This document shows positions 30,925 to 32,000 of a DNA stretch of 32,000 nucleotides, piece by piece. Where the stretch lies: NCBI RefSeq assembly GCF_003324675.1, contig NZ_CP030918.1:2070001-2102000 (forward strand), in the 5' to 3' direction. Position numbers and translations under genes: made by a program. The stretch is from Paracoccus suum. GTDB taxonomy: Bacteria; Pseudomonadota; Alphaproteobacteria; Rhodobacterales; Rhodobacteraceae. The number at the start of each line of letters is the position of its first letter. Position 1 is the first letter of the stretch. The notes beneath the pieces are model-generated. The model saw only the letters and a list, made by a program, of their open reading frames with translations. It ran no database searches and was not told the DNA's origin.

Positions 30925-32000
30925 TCAGGGGGCGTTGACCGTGCATTTCTGCGAACGGGCCTGCAGTTTGTCACAGGCAAGCTGGGCTTGAGCGCGGCTG
31001 AGGTTGACGAAACGCGCCTCGTAGCCGCGCTTGCTCTCGCCGACTTTGCGCAGGCCTTCGCCCAGCGCGTCCGCCTCGCGCAATGCGGTTTTCAGCAGCA
31101 TCTGCTCAGCCTCAGCTTTGGAGCGGTAGCGGCCAAGGGTGATGCCCCAGTTGGTCGACGCCGCCTTGCCCGCCGCCGGGCGATCGCCCGACTCGAGCGA
31201 GGCGAGTTTTACGGTCCCGCCGTCAAGGGAGGCGGCGCTATCGCGGCGCGCCGGCCGGGCCGGGGCGAGTGCCGGTTCCGCTGAGGACTTGGCGGGCGGC
31301 GCCGCCGCGGCGCTGTCCGGGCTCAGGTCGCTGTCGGGCGACGAGCCCTCGGGCTTGGTCGGGGGGCGCAGGCTGGCCACGGCGCTGCCACTGTCGTCGC
31401 CCTCGGCGACCGGAGCCGGGGCGCGGGTGCGGGCCGGGACCGGACGCTCGGGCGACGGTTCGGGGCGGGTGGCCATCGCCTCGCGGAGTGCCTCGGACAG
31501 GTCGATCCCGCCCGGCGAGGGTGCGGCCGCGGCGACGCTCTGGGTGCGACGCACCGGCGCGACGCTGGTCGCGATCGAGGCAACGTTTGCCGCGGGACGC
31601 ACGGTGACCGTCCGCGGCACCGCCGCGACGGCCTGTGCCTGCGGCACGGTCGCGCGGCGCACGCGCTGCGGCTGGACGACGACGGTCGCCGGCTTGACCA
31701 CCGCGACCCGCGCCGGGCTGCGGCTGAAGCCGGCGTCCAGCAATTGCGCCATGATCTGGTTGCGCTGCGCGGTCGAGGTGCCGCCCATGACGGTCGCCAT
31801 GACGCGCTGCTGGCCGCGCTGAGCCGAAGCGGTCAGGTTGAAGCCGGCGGCACGCGTATATCCGGTCTTGATCCCGTCGGCGCCCTGGTAGTTGTCCAGA
31901 AAGCGCGCGTTGGTGCTGTTTACCGTGCCCACGCCAGCATCGGCGCTGCGGCGCGAGAAGATCGAATAATACTGGGGGAAGTCGTAGAACAGGTGCCGGC
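30925..32000 (-). CDS. D-alanyl-D-alanine carboxypeptidase (PBP5/6 family) with C-terminal SPOR domain; N-terminus lies beyond the window
   Basis: The frame stays open to base 32000 (..RHLFYDFPQYYSIFSRRSADAGVGTVNSTN..). It has the KTG motif (GIKTGYTRAAGFN), a long Pro/Ala/Ser linker, and a SPOR-like end (WGITLGRYRSKAEAEQMLLK...GYEARFVNLSRAQAQLACDKL). Confidence 0.85.
   Translation of the reverse strand, partial: RHLFYDFPQYYSIFSRRSADAGVGTVNSTNARFLDNYQGADGIKTGYTRAAGFNLTASAQRGQQRVMATVMGGTSTAQRNQIMAQLLDAGFSRSPARVAVVKPATVVVQPQRVRRATVPQAQAVAAVPRTVTVRPAANVASIATSVAPVRRTQSVAAAAPSPGGIDLSEALREAMATRPEPSPERPVPARTRAPAPVAEGDDSGSAVASLRPPTKPEGSSPDSDLSPDSAAAAPPAKSSAEPALAPARPARRDSAASLDGGTVKLASLESGDRPAAGKAASTNWGITLGRYRSKAEAEQMLLKTALREADALGEGLRKVGESKRGYEARFVNLSRAQAQLACDKLQARSQKCTVNAP

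Noticed and set aside
1-32000. Search by eye for CRISPR arrays, tRNA/tmRNA genes, IS elements, integrases, toxin-antitoxin pairs or known defence genes
   Set aside because: No regularly spaced direct repeats, no tRNA T-loop or acceptor signatures, and no transposase, integrase or nuclease-like ORFs were found. Every ORF over 100 aa outside the called genes is an antisense or out-of-frame shadow.

Overview
High-GC (roughly two-thirds G+C by eye) alphaproteobacterial chromosomal segment. It is most consistent with Rhodobacterales, because the metK leader matches my recollection of the SAM/SAH riboswitch, a class reported in that order. I support 20 protein-coding genes, densely packed. I found no tRNA/rRNA, CRISPR array, transposase, integrase or phage genes. 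Gene order: rne (5'-truncated, +) | EF-hand periplasmic protein (-) | OmpR-like response regulator, histidine kinase, DUF305 protein (+) | orphan degenerate ABC ATPase (-) | serralysin-like RTX metalloprotease (+) | pbpC, alpha-2-macroglobulin, SleB-like hydrolase, PPDK-like enzyme (all -) | FolB-like protein, YeeE/YedE (+) | metK with riboswitch, lnt, RhlE-like DEAD-box helicase, aminotransferase (all -) | class I FBP aldolase (+) | D-Ala-D-Ala carboxypeptidase with SPOR domain (-, runs off the window). Most of this is core housekeeping and envelope biology, with no obvious defence or mobile island. The candidates for something under-described are: (1) an EF-hand/His-Met-rich protein, two-component system and DUF305 metal-like module; (2) a SleB, alpha-2-macroglobulin, PBP1C block lying tail-to-tail with a secreted metzincin that has no cognate inhibitor or T1SS nearby; (3) an intact ABC ATPase ORF with every catalytic motif degenerate; (4) a PPDK paralogue with a degenerate nucleotide-binding domain, divergent from a FolB fusion protein. 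All functional links are inferences from motifs read by eye. No database search was run.
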